From NCBI GenBank assembly GCA_036567745.1, contig DATCTW010000041.1, forward strand, positions 124,260 through 188,259: a DNA stretch of 64,000 nucleotides, in the 5' to 3' direction. The translations under genes were made by a program, and so were the position numbers. The notes under the pieces were generated by a model. The model was given only the letters and a program-made list of their open reading frames with translations. It was not told the DNA's origin and ran no database searches. Position 1 is the first letter of the stretch. Each line of letters starts with the position of its first letter. Origin of the DNA: Ignavibacteria bacterium. Its GTDB lineage: Bacteria; Bacteroidota; Ignavibacteria; DATCTW01. Below, one piece after another: positions 29,654 to 38,278 of the stretch.

Positions 29654-30197
29654 GTTTTTTCGTTTCATCAAAAAATATAATAAAAAAATCTTATTTATAA
29701 TTGCTGAAGAGTATATAGGTTTTTTTGTAAGATATCTTCCAGGTTATTTAGGTTTTTTATTAAGATTTATTTTTTATAAACCAATATTTAAAAGGCTTAA
29801 ATTTTTGCCACTAATTTACCCAGGCACATATTTTACTCACTCATATGGAATTTCAATAGGTAAAAACTTTTCAATAAATTCTGGTTGTGTGATAGATGGG
29901 CGTGGTGGAATTGTAATTGGTGATAATGTGATGATAGGTCCTAACACAGTAATCGTATCTTCATCCCATCAATATAATAATATTGATAAGCCAATGACTT
30001 ATTTAGATCATTTATTTAGTCCTGTTATAATCGAAAATGACGTATGGATAGGTGCTAATGTTTTTATAAAAGGAGGTGTTCGAATTAAAAGCCATTCTAT
30101 TATTGCTGCTGGTTCAGTAGTTTTAAATGATGTTGAGGAATATAGTATCGTTGGTGGAATACCCGCAAAATTTATAAAGGATAGAAGAAAACAATAA
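29646..30197 (+). CDS. hexapeptide-repeat (LbH) O-acetyltransferase
   Basis: 183 aa with repeated [LIV]G..xx hexads (IGDNVMIGPNTVIV, VWIGANVFIKGGVRIKSHSIIAAGSVV) and the end VGGIPAKFIK, as in WcaF/Maa-type acetyltransferases. It overlaps the upstream stop by 8 nt. Confidence 0.8.
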   Translation: MSRFFRFIKKYNKKILFIIAEEYIGFFVRYLPGYLGFLLRFIFYKPIFKRLKFLPLIYPGTYFTHSYGISIGKNFSINSGCVIDGRGGIVIGDNVMIGPNTVIVSSSHQYNNIDKPMTYLDHLFSPVIIENDVWIGANVFIKGGVRIKSHSIIAAGSVVLNDVEEYSIVGGIPAKFIKDRRKQ

Positions 30198-30324
30198 AGT
30201 AACTTTATATTATTTATTTTTATCAATTAATCTTTTTTTTCTTGCTAAATAACATTACATTTGTTATTTTAAAATAAATTCTTATCAAAGAAAAAAATAA
30301 ACAAATTACCGAAGGAGGTTTCGT

Positions 30325-30987
30325 ATGGGTATTTTTGCAAGAATGAGTGATATCTTTAAAGCAAATATTAATGATTTGCTTGATAAAGCTGAAGATCCTG
30401 AAAAGATGATAAAACAGATGGTTATTGAGATGGAAGAAGCTGTTAGCAAAGCCGCAACTGCTGTAGGTCAGGCTATTGCTAATGAAAAGATGTTACAAAA
30501 ACAGGTTGATGATAAAAAGAAAGCAGCTGAAGATTGGCAAAAAAAGGCTATCCAGGCTGTTAATGCAGGTCGTGATGATTTAGCCAAACAAGCTCTCGAG
30601 AAGAAAAATAGTTTTTCAAAGGCAGCTAATGATCTTGAACCACTTTTGATTGAGGCTAGAAATACTTCCGCTAATTTAAGAGCTCAATTAGATAAGTTGA
30701 GAGCTAAACTTGAAGAAGCTCGATTAAGACAAAACACATTAATTGCAAGAAGTCAAGCTGCTAAAGCTAAAAAACAAATTGCTGCCAGTGTATCTGGTAT
30801 TGGTGATGATGCCTTTGCAAACTTCGACAAATATGAACAAAAAATTATCAAACAAGAATCCGAAGCAGATGCTCTTTCTGAACTTGCTGGCCAGGATACC
30901 AGGCTAGAAGATGAATTTGCTAAATTAGATTCTGGTACAGCCGTTGATGATGAATTAGCACAACTTAAAGCATCATTAAACAAATAG
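30325..30987 (+). CDS. pspA: PspA/IM30 family membrane-stress protein
   Basis: 220 aa. MGIFARMSDIFKANINDLLDKAEDPEKMIKQMVIEMEE is the canonical PspA/Vipp1 N-terminus, followed by coiled coil. RBS GGAGG lies upstream. Confidence 0.85.
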   Translation: MGIFARMSDIFKANINDLLDKAEDPEKMIKQMVIEMEEAVSKAATAVGQAIANEKMLQKQVDDKKKAAEDWQKKAIQAVNAGRDDLAKQALEKKNSFSKAANDLEPLLIEARNTSANLRAQLDKLRAKLEEARLRQNTLIARSQAAKAKKQIAASVSGIGDDAFANFDKYEQKIIKQESEADALSELAGQDTRLEDEFAKLDSGTAVDDELAQLKASLNK

Positions 30988-31015
30988 TTTTGAACTTTAA
31001 TTAGGAGCATTAAAA

Positions 31016-31597
31016 ATGGCTAAAGCAATAAAAAAATCGGTTAAAAAAACTACAGCAAAAAAAACTAAAGCTGCTGTTAAAATTACTAAAAAATCATCAA
31101 AAAATAAATCTGTTGCTAAGGTAACAAAAAAGGTTTCTACACCTAAAAAAGTAAAAGATATAGTCGCATATACTAAAAAGAATGTGAGAACTTATTTAAA
31201 GAAACTATTTGGTAAAAATGTTCAAGAAATTGATGATAGATTCCTCATTGTAGAGGGCTCTGCAGTTGTTCAAATCATTGTAAGACCATGGTACGATGGA
31301 GATAGCGTTGTAGATATCTTCTCATTCGTAGTTGAAGGTGCAAATATTACTCCAGAGCTTACTAATTTCTTGCTTAGAAAAAATGCAACTTTACACTTTG
31401 GGGCTTTCGGTTTAACTTTTGATAATACTGTTATTTTTAGTTACTCGCTTGCTGGTTCAAATTTAGATTTGAATGAATTAAAGGCTGCATTACAAACTGT
31501 TGCTACAATATCAGATTATTATGATGACCAAATTGTTTCTATCGCAGGTGGTAGAAGGGGAATTGATGTTAAAAGGTTGGTTTCAAACGCCGAATAA
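31016..31597 (+). CDS. hypothetical protein: lysine-rich histone-H1-like tail plus YbjN-like (T3SS-chaperone-like) domain
   Basis: 193 aa. Residues 1-50 are AKK/TKK repeats (AKAIKKSVKKTTAKKTKAAVKITKK...). The C-terminal ~130 aa (FLIVEGSAVVQIIVRPW...VVDIFSFVV...LHFGAFGL...FSYSLAG) resemble YbjN-family folds by pattern only. It lies 28 nt after pspA, with RBS AGGAG. Confidence 0.45.
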   Translation: MAKAIKKSVKKTTAKKTKAAVKITKKSSKNKSVAKVTKKVSTPKKVKDIVAYTKKNVRTYLKKLFGKNVQEIDDRFLIVEGSAVVQIIVRPWYDGDSVVDIFSFVVEGANITPELTNFLLRKNATLHFGAFGLTFDNTVIFSYSLAGSNLDLNELKAALQTVATISDYYDDQIVSIAGGRRGIDVKRLVSNAE

Positions 31598-31606
31598 AAT
31601 TAATTC

Positions 31607-31648
31607 AAGAGAGTTTAGTTAAATATAATTAAACTCTCTTTTTATTTT
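31607..31648 (+). terminator. rho-independent terminator after the pspA two-gene unit
   Basis: AGAGAGTTTA (31608-31617) pairs with TAAACTCTCT (30-39 of the same hundred) around a 12-nt loop, followed by TTTTTATTTT. Confidence 0.6.
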
Positions 31649-31676
31649 GTACTTTTTTTAATTAAAGGATTCTTTT

Positions 31677-32471
31677 ATGATTTATGTTGGTATTTTTTTA
31701 GTGGTTTTAGGAATTGTATCAATTTTTATTAATGTTTTCAATAAACGAAAGTTGTTCAATATTAAAGCTACACAGACTTTCAAAGCAAAAGATATTAATG
31801 ATTTGTGTGAGTCTGTAAAAGAAGAAATTGGACCCGGTTCTTTCAATAAAGTTTTGGAGGTAAAAGGGTTTATTCGAAGTGATAATCCTTTAATTGCTGA
31901 ACTTTCTGGTCAGGAGTGTGTTTACTATTCAATGAAAGTTACACGTGAGTATGAAGAGAAATATACTGCCTATGAAAACAATAGACCTGTTACTCGTACT
32001 AGAAGAGGTAGTGAAATTATTTCTTCAAATACTCAATCAGTCCATTTTTATGTTGAAGATGATACAGGTAAAATACTTGTAAACCCCAATGATGCAAGTA
32101 TTGATGGAATTAAATCCGTAGATCGATTTGAACCACACACTAGTAACACTGGAACTTTAAGATTTGGTAATTTTTCTTTGCCAATATCAATCTCATCTGG
32201 TTCTAGAACTTTGGGTTATAGATATGTTGAAGAAATAATCCCTATCAACAGACGTGTTTATGTATTAGGAGAAGCTTCTGATTCTAGTGGTGAGCTAATG
32301 GTTCAAAAACCTAAAGATAAAAAAGAGACTTTTTTAATTTCTCTTCGCTCAGAAGAAGAAATAATTGCCAGCACAGAAAAAATTGTAAAATTATCTTTAA
32401 TTGGAGCCATTCTTGGCTTATCAATAGGAATTATTCTTGTTGTGATTTCTATAATTAACAATGATTTTTAA
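31677..32471 (+). CDS. two-TM membrane protein, GIDE-like (PF12483-type) architecture
   Basis: 264 aa with an N-terminal TM (IYVGIFLVVLGIVSIFINVF) and a C-terminal TM (LIGAILGLSIGIILVVISII). The central beta-rich region has the YVEEIIPINRRVYVLGEA core seen in bacterial GIDE-domain proteins. Pattern-level call only. Confidence 0.45.
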   Translation: MIYVGIFLVVLGIVSIFINVFNKRKLFNIKATQTFKAKDINDLCESVKEEIGPGSFNKVLEVKGFIRSDNPLIAELSGQECVYYSMKVTREYEEKYTAYENNRPVTRTRRGSEIISSNTQSVHFYVEDDTGKILVNPNDASIDGIKSVDRFEPHTSNTGTLRFGNFSLPISISSGSRTLGYRYVEEIIPINRRVYVLGEASDSSGELMVQKPKDKKETFLISLRSEEEIIASTEKIVKLSLIGAILGLSIGIILVVISIINNDF

Positions 32472-32748
32472 ATATTATTTTTGAGTAAAAAAATTAAAAT
32501 TCATCTGTTTTTGCTCTATCTCTATACATATAGACTTATTTAATTATCCTTTTAGATTATAAAGATCGTTTTGTTTGATAAATCTTTTCAAAATCATTTG
32601 TTTGTTTTACTTCCCTGAAACTATTTCAATATATAATAAATTATTAGTTTTATACTATTCAAAAAAAATTTAATATATATAAATATATATATTGTAAAAA
32701 AGTAATTTTTTTCTTAAATTATAAAGATATTAACTCTAAAGGTACTAA

Positions 32749-33621
32749 ATGGTAGATAAAATTGTAATTTTGGCTGGTGGTATTTCTTCTAGAATGAAGG
32801 AAAGACCCAAAGAGATTGATGAATCTTTATTTAATCTTTATAATGAAGCTGACTCAAAAGCAAAAAGCATGATTTCACTTGGTGAGGGTCATAGGCCTTT
32901 TCTTGATTATCTTCTTTTTAATATAATGGAAGCCGGTGTTACTAATGTATTAATTGTGATAGGAGAAAAAGATAATTCTATACCAGAATACTATGGTAAA
33001 AATGGCTCTAATAATAAATTTCACGATTTATTAATTTCTTACGCTATCCAAAAAATCCCTTCACATCGTTCTAAACCCTGGGGCACTGCTGATGCTTTAT
33101 ATCAGGGATTGTTACAGGTGCCTCATTGGAAAGGAAATGACTTTTTAGTTGTTAATAGTGATAATCTTTATTCAACTGAAAGCCTCCGAAAGTTGATTGA
33201 ATGTGATAGCCACCATGCTTTAATTGATTATGATAGAGATGGTTTTAACTTTGAATCTGATAGAGTAAGTAAATTTGCAATTACTAAAAAGAATGAAAAA
33301 GGTTTTTTAATTGATATTATTGAAAAACCAACTCCAGAACAAATAAAATCTTGTGTTGACTCAGAAGGTAAAGTCCGCGTTAGTATGAATTGCTGGAGAT
33401 TCAATTACGACCAATTATTCCCTTATCTTGAAAACTGTCCTGAAAATCCAATTAGGAAGGAAAAAGAATTGCCAACTGCTGTGTTAAATATGATTAAAGA
33501 TTACCCAGATACTGTTTTAGCAATTCCACATAAAGAACACGTGCCTGATTTAACAAGCAAGGATGATCTTAAACCTGTCTTAGAATATCTAAAGGAAAAA
33601 TATAAAGTTTTTACTCTATGA
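32749..33621 (+). CDS. sugar-1-phosphate nucleotidylyltransferase (NTP_transferase family)
   Basis: 290 aa. The N-terminal ILAGGISSRMK is the G-x-G-x-R(x)nK nucleotide-binding signature, and VVNSDNLY is the conserved acidic motif. Confidence 0.7.
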   Translation: MVDKIVILAGGISSRMKERPKEIDESLFNLYNEADSKAKSMISLGEGHRPFLDYLLFNIMEAGVTNVLIVIGEKDNSIPEYYGKNGSNNKFHDLLISYAIQKIPSHRSKPWGTADALYQGLLQVPHWKGNDFLVVNSDNLYSTESLRKLIECDSHHALIDYDRDGFNFESDRVSKFAITKKNEKGFLIDIIEKPTPEQIKSCVDSEGKVRVSMNCWRFNYDQLFPYLENCPENPIRKEKELPTAVLNMIKDYPDTVLAIPHKEHVPDLTSKDDLKPVLEYLKEKYKVFTL

Positions 33622-33625
33622 AATA

Positions 33626-35098
33626 ATGAATATTGATTATTTTATTCAAGAATTAAAAAAGAATCCTTCGAAATATATAGATGAAATTAAAAATATTTAT
33701 CAATGTGATGATAATTCTGCCTTAGAATATTTAAATCTTTATAATAATCTTCTAATTGAGTTCAAAACACTTTTCCCTGAAAGTAAAGAAATTGGAATCA
33801 TTCGAGCACCAGGCCGCGTAAATTTAATTGGTGAACATACTGATTATAATGCTCTTCCAGTTTTACCGATTGCTATTGATAAAAATATTATAATAATTTT
33901 TTCACCTGTAAATGATTCGACTATCAGAATTTATAATCATGATCCAGGTTTCGAATATCGTGAATTTGAAATTTCTGAGAATACTAAACCTTATGAAACG
34001 GGGGATTGGGGTAATTATGTAAAAGCTGGTGTTTTGTGGAATAAAGAAAAAGGGAAAAAGGGATTTAATGCACTGATTTATGGTGATATACCTTCTGCTG
34101 CTGGGCTATCCTCTTCGTCTGCTCTTGTAGTAGCTTCTGCATTAACGTTTTTACAATCAAATAATATTAACCCTGATTTATTACTTTTAGCTGATGAATT
34201 AGCAAAAGCTGAACAATATGTTGGCACTATGGGTGGAGGTATGGATCAAACCATATCATTATTGGGTAAGGAAAATAAAGCTTTACAAATTAATTTTCAC
34301 CCCTTAAGTGTAAAGGAAGTTGTAATTCCGAATGAAATATGTTTTGTTGTTATCAATAGTTTGGTTAAAGCTCCAAAAACTAAAAACGCTAGATTAAAAT
34401 ACAATAGAAGACCAATTGAATGTAAAATTGCTCTTGACGTAGTTAATAAATATATTGTTAATAGATTTAATTCAGCATTTAATTATTCTTTTATTGGCAA
34501 TCTTGTAAAAAATTTTCCATCTTTTAATCAAAATTTTATTAACGATATTTTAGATAATGTCTTAAATAAAGAATCATATTCTACAGCTCAAATAGTTAAT
34601 ATCTTGGGAATTGATGAAGAACAATTCAAAGATAAATATTTATTATTGAAAGATGGATCTTATTTTGATGAACCTACTGATGGTTTTAAACTTCGTCAAC
34701 GATTTCAATATGTAATCGAGGAAGGTTTAAGAGTAAGTAGGGCAGTTGATACATTAGAAAATAATAATATTACCCTTTTTGGGAAACTGATGGTTGACTC
34801 ATATTTCGGTGCAAGAGATTTGTATGAAATAAGCACTCCAGAAATAGATTTTCTTGTAAGAGAAGCTCTAAAGTGTGGGGCAATAGGCTCAAGGCTTACT
34901 GGTGCGGGATTTGGCGGTTGTGTGATAAATTTAATTTATAAGAAAGATGCTTATTCTTTTCTTGAAAAAATGAAAGATTTATATTTCTTTAAATACATCC
35001 CTGAAACACATCCTGAAATTTCAGTTAATAAGAATATAATTGATAATTATATATTTATTTGCAAACCCTGTCGTGGTGCAGGTTTAATATTTTCCTGA
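33626..35098 (+). CDS. galactokinase-family GHMP sugar-1-kinase (long, GALK2/GalNAc-kinase-like form)
   Basis: 490 aa with the galactokinase signature GRVNLIGEHTDYN, GHMP motif II GLSSSSALVVA and motif III TGAGFGGCVI. It lies 4 nt after the nucleotidyltransferase. Confidence 0.85.
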   Translation: MNIDYFIQELKKNPSKYIDEIKNIYQCDDNSALEYLNLYNNLLIEFKTLFPESKEIGIIRAPGRVNLIGEHTDYNALPVLPIAIDKNIIIIFSPVNDSTIRIYNHDPGFEYREFEISENTKPYETGDWGNYVKAGVLWNKEKGKKGFNALIYGDIPSAAGLSSSSALVVASALTFLQSNNINPDLLLLADELAKAEQYVGTMGGGMDQTISLLGKENKALQINFHPLSVKEVVIPNEICFVVINSLVKAPKTKNARLKYNRRPIECKIALDVVNKYIVNRFNSAFNYSFIGNLVKNFPSFNQNFINDILDNVLNKESYSTAQIVNILGIDEEQFKDKYLLLKDGSYFDEPTDGFKLRQRFQYVIEEGLRVSRAVDTLENNNITLFGKLMVDSYFGARDLYEISTPEIDFLVREALKCGAIGSRLTGAGFGGCVINLIYKKDAYSFLEKMKDLYFFKYIPETHPEISVNKNIIDNYIFICKPCRGAGLIFS

Positions 35099-36253
35099 TC
35101 AACTCTTATATACTCTCCCTTTCCACTCTACTCTTGGATTAATAAAAACTAAGAAAGGTAAAAGAAATACATAGGTGGTATAATAAATTTCAAACACCAA
35201 AAAGTATTTATATAGGTGAAGTAAATTGAATTTTTTTAATGAAAATATTAAAAAGAGAAAATCTAAAACAAGTTTTGTAGTAATTACTAACAGCTTATAA
35301 TATAATGTAGTGCAAATAAAAGGAATAAAAATTGTGAGTCCACTTATAAGAAAACCTGCAGTCATTAATACAAAACCAATGAATGGAGCTTTTTTGCCTC
35401 CCATACCCCATCTTTTTTTCTGTTTTATAATTTCTTTAAATGATGAGCAAGCTTTTGATAATGCAAGATTCCCTGTTTCGAATGGATACTTGCATTTCCA
35501 TTTTTTAGTTTTTACTACTGCTTGTAAAAGAGCAAAATCTTCTGTTATACTAAATTTTAAATTCTGGTAACCACCAACTTCATCATAAGCCTTTTTTCTG
35601 AATGACATATTATTACCTACACAAGCCAATGGTATACCAAGTCCAAAACTACCAGATGCCACTGTTAACAAATAAACCCAATCTAATGATTGCATGCCTT
35701 CAAAAATGTTTTTATGTTCTACGTAGGTAAAACCGCATACTATGCCTGTAGTATCATCATAATATTTAACTATGTCTTTTATCCATGTTTTTTTGAAGGT
35801 GCAATCTGCATCCGATGTAATAATAATTTCACCTTTAGCGTGCTCTATACCTTGTGCTAATGCGTTGGTTTTACCTAATAATTTCCAATTTCGCTCTTCT
35901 GGAATAATTGTTTTAAAATTGTAAAATAAACTTTTATAGCTATCTATTATACTTTGAGTATTATCTTCAGAATGATCATTGACTATAATTATTTCAAGTT
36001 TATCCTTTGGATAGTCTACGTTGGATAGTGATAGTAAGCAATCACCTATATTTTTTTCTTCATTTCGAGCAGCAATTATAACACTAACAGAAGGTGTAAA
36101 ATGATATGATTTTTCCCTATAAGACCTGTAAACACCAATCGAATATGTTAGTAATTGAAAAAAATAAAAACAACAGCAAAAAATTATAAAATCTTCTACA
36201 CTCATATTTTTCTTTAAGAAAAAAAATTTAATTAAATATAATGCCTTTTTCAA
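35099..36253 (-). CDS. membrane-embedded GT2 family glycosyltransferase
   Basis: 384 aa with VSVIIAARNEEKNI, ITSDADCTF (DxD) and QKKRWGMG (QxxRW-like) motifs plus N- and C-terminal TM helices. This is a processive-type GT2 layout. Confidence 0.75.
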   Translation of the reverse strand: MKKALYLIKFFFLKKNMSVEDFIIFCCCFYFFQLLTYSIGVYRSYREKSYHFTPSVSVIIAARNEEKNIGDCLLSLSNVDYPKDKLEIIIVNDHSEDNTQSIIDSYKSLFYNFKTIIPEERNWKLLGKTNALAQGIEHAKGEIIITSDADCTFKKTWIKDIVKYYDDTTGIVCGFTYVEHKNIFEGMQSLDWVYLLTVASGSFGLGIPLACVGNNMSFRKKAYDEVGGYQNLKFSITEDFALLQAVVKTKKWKCKYPFETGNLALSKACSSFKEIIKQKKRWGMGGKKAPFIGFVLMTAGFLISGLTIFIPFICTTLYYKLLVITTKLVLDFLFLIFSLKKFNLLHLYKYFLVFEIYYTTYVFLLPFLVFINPRVEWKGRVYKS

Positions 36254-36622
36254 GTTAAAAATATTTAATATTTCTTGAAATTTATTAATAATTATTTATC
36301 ATAAATAATAACAATATAAATAATTTATTTATTCATATAAAATTATATTGACATAATTAAAATATAATTATATATTTGAATAACCTAACACACATAATAA
36401 AAATAAACAAAGGGGTAAGAATATGACAATACACGAAAAACAACACACGAAAAACACTATTTCTATCATACTTACTTAATAGTACTCTATTCTTTTATTT
36501 TATAGTATTTTGTATTTGTACAATTATTATTGGATGTAATGAAGCTACAAATGAAAGCTTACCTTTAGAGAACACAATCTTAAGAGAAAACAATATTACT
36601 TTTTTGAAATTTTCTAACTTGT

Positions 36623-37336
36623 TTGAATTCTGAGTTAAAAAAAGAATCTGTAAAATATATAAAAGCTTTTGATAATAAAGGCAATATAATAATGCTTGAT
36701 AAGAAAAAAACTCCCGACTATCCGGTAATAGTAATTAGTATAAATGAAAGGCTTGATGAGAATGGTAAGGTAAGGGAATGTTACCTAAACAAAAAAGATA
36801 TTTTATTAAATAATGAAAGCAATAATCTTGTTTTAAAGAAAATGTTTAATAATGATAAACCAATAAAAATTTTATCTGATTCTGTTGGCACTGGTGGAGA
36901 TGATTCTCCTGATGTTACTTATACATATAAATTAATGTTATGGGAATTTGATTTAACAGGATCTGGGTTAAATCATTTTCAAGATGGTAATGGTTGGCTG
37001 GAAGGAGATCCCGAGTTTTATTTTGATATATGGAAAGTAGGAACATCAATTGAATATAAAGGAAGATCATATGTTCAAATAGATGATGACCCTCACTGTT
37101 ATTATACTAGTTTAGAGCTTCGACCCGTAACAAATAATTTTGGTCAGTACAATGTTCAACTTAGAATTGCAGAAGAAGATGGTGGTGTTTTTGGAAGTGA
37201 TGATGAGATGGAAACAGTTTTTAAAGAACGCACTTCTAGTACAATATCTTCAGTGTTTCCATTTAATATACCAAATGGATGGTATGACGGGATAAATGGT
37301 TATGTAAATATTAAAATAAATTGGATTAAATATTAA
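36623..37336 (+). CDS. hypothetical protein; probably the C-terminal part of a lipoprotein gene interrupted by two frameshifts (see findings)
   Basis: The 237-aa ORF begins at a TTG with no RBS and no signal peptide. A good RBS plus ATG (36423) and a lipoprotein signal peptide lie just upstream in the two other frames. Confidence 0.45.
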   Translation: MNSELKKESVKYIKAFDNKGNIIMLDKKKTPDYPVIVISINERLDENGKVRECYLNKKDILLNNESNNLVLKKMFNNDKPIKILSDSVGTGGDDSPDVTYTYKLMLWEFDLTGSGLNHFQDGNGWLEGDPEFYFDIWKVGTSIEYKGRSYVQIDDDPHCYYTSLELRPVTNNFGQYNVQLRIAEEDGGVFGSDDEMETVFKERTSSTISSVFPFNIPNGWYDGINGYVNIKINWIKY

Positions 37337-37378
37337 TTAATAAGAGGTCATTAAATTTGTTAATATACTTTTATATTT

Positions 37379-38278
37379 ATGATTAATAAGAAAAATAAAA
37401 TTTTATTATTATTTTATTGTTTATTATTTTTGTTAATAGTTATCTCTTGCAATGAAACACTGGAAATTGATATACCTGACTTTTCAGAAAAGTTAGTAGT
37501 AGAATCTTTTCTTGTAAATACTTCTAATAGAATATTTCTTAAGCTAAGCAAAACCGTTTCACCGTATAAAAAATTATCTTGGTATGATACTACATTATTA
37601 GTGCATAATGCTCAAGTTAAAGTGAAATTAGATAATAATGAATATAATATGATTGAAGATACAATTAGTTCAGTCTATTATAATGGTTATATTTACAAAA
37701 TATTCAGAAAAACAGGAGAGTATTATATTAATAATGTAAATCTTTTAAATGTAAATAAATGTGAATTAAATATTGATTACAAAAATAATCATGTTAATTG
37801 TATAGAATATTTTCCTGATATAGTACAAATTGATAGTATACAAACAACCTTATATCAAAAAAAACTAAGTAACTGGTCTAATCCAATTAATTATTTAAAG
37901 ATAAAAATCTTTGCAAATTTTCCTAAGAATCAAAAGAGTTTTTATAGAATTTGTCTTGTAAGTAATTATGGGTCTTTAGATTATGAATTTGAAAATATTG
38001 AAACAGATTATTTTATTCACTTATCAAATGAGAATTATGAAATTATTGATTTAAAATTAAAGTATGAGAATTTAGAGTATTATCTAAAGAGGACAAGGGT
38101 TTATTTAGATCATATTACTGAAAATCATTATAATTTTATGAAAGCTAAAAAAAATCAAGAAGAGGATGTTGACAACCCTTTTGGTTCTGAAGGAATACAA
38201 ATACCTACAAATATAACAAATGGTCTGGGAATTTTTACCTGTATTGCGAGAGATACAATATGCATAAATATAAAATAA
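37379..38278 (+). CDS. DUF4249-like lipoprotein
   Basis: 299 aa with lipobox LLIVISC, then EKLVVESFL and the C-terminal NITNGLGIFTCIA pattern characteristic of DUF4249 proteins, which partner TonB-dependent receptors in Bacteroidota-like genomes. Confidence 0.65.
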   Translation: MINKKNKILLLFYCLLFLLIVISCNETLEIDIPDFSEKLVVESFLVNTSNRIFLKLSKTVSPYKKLSWYDTTLLVHNAQVKVKLDNNEYNMIEDTISSVYYNGYIYKIFRKTGEYYINNVNLLNVNKCELNIDYKNNHVNCIEYFPDIVQIDSIQTTLYQKKLSNWSNPINYLKIKIFANFPKNQKSFYRICLVSNYGSLDYEFENIETDYFIHLSNENYEIIDLKLKYENLEYYLKRTRVYLDHITENHYNFMKAKKNQEEDVDNPFGSEGIQIPTNITNGLGIFTCIARDTICINIK

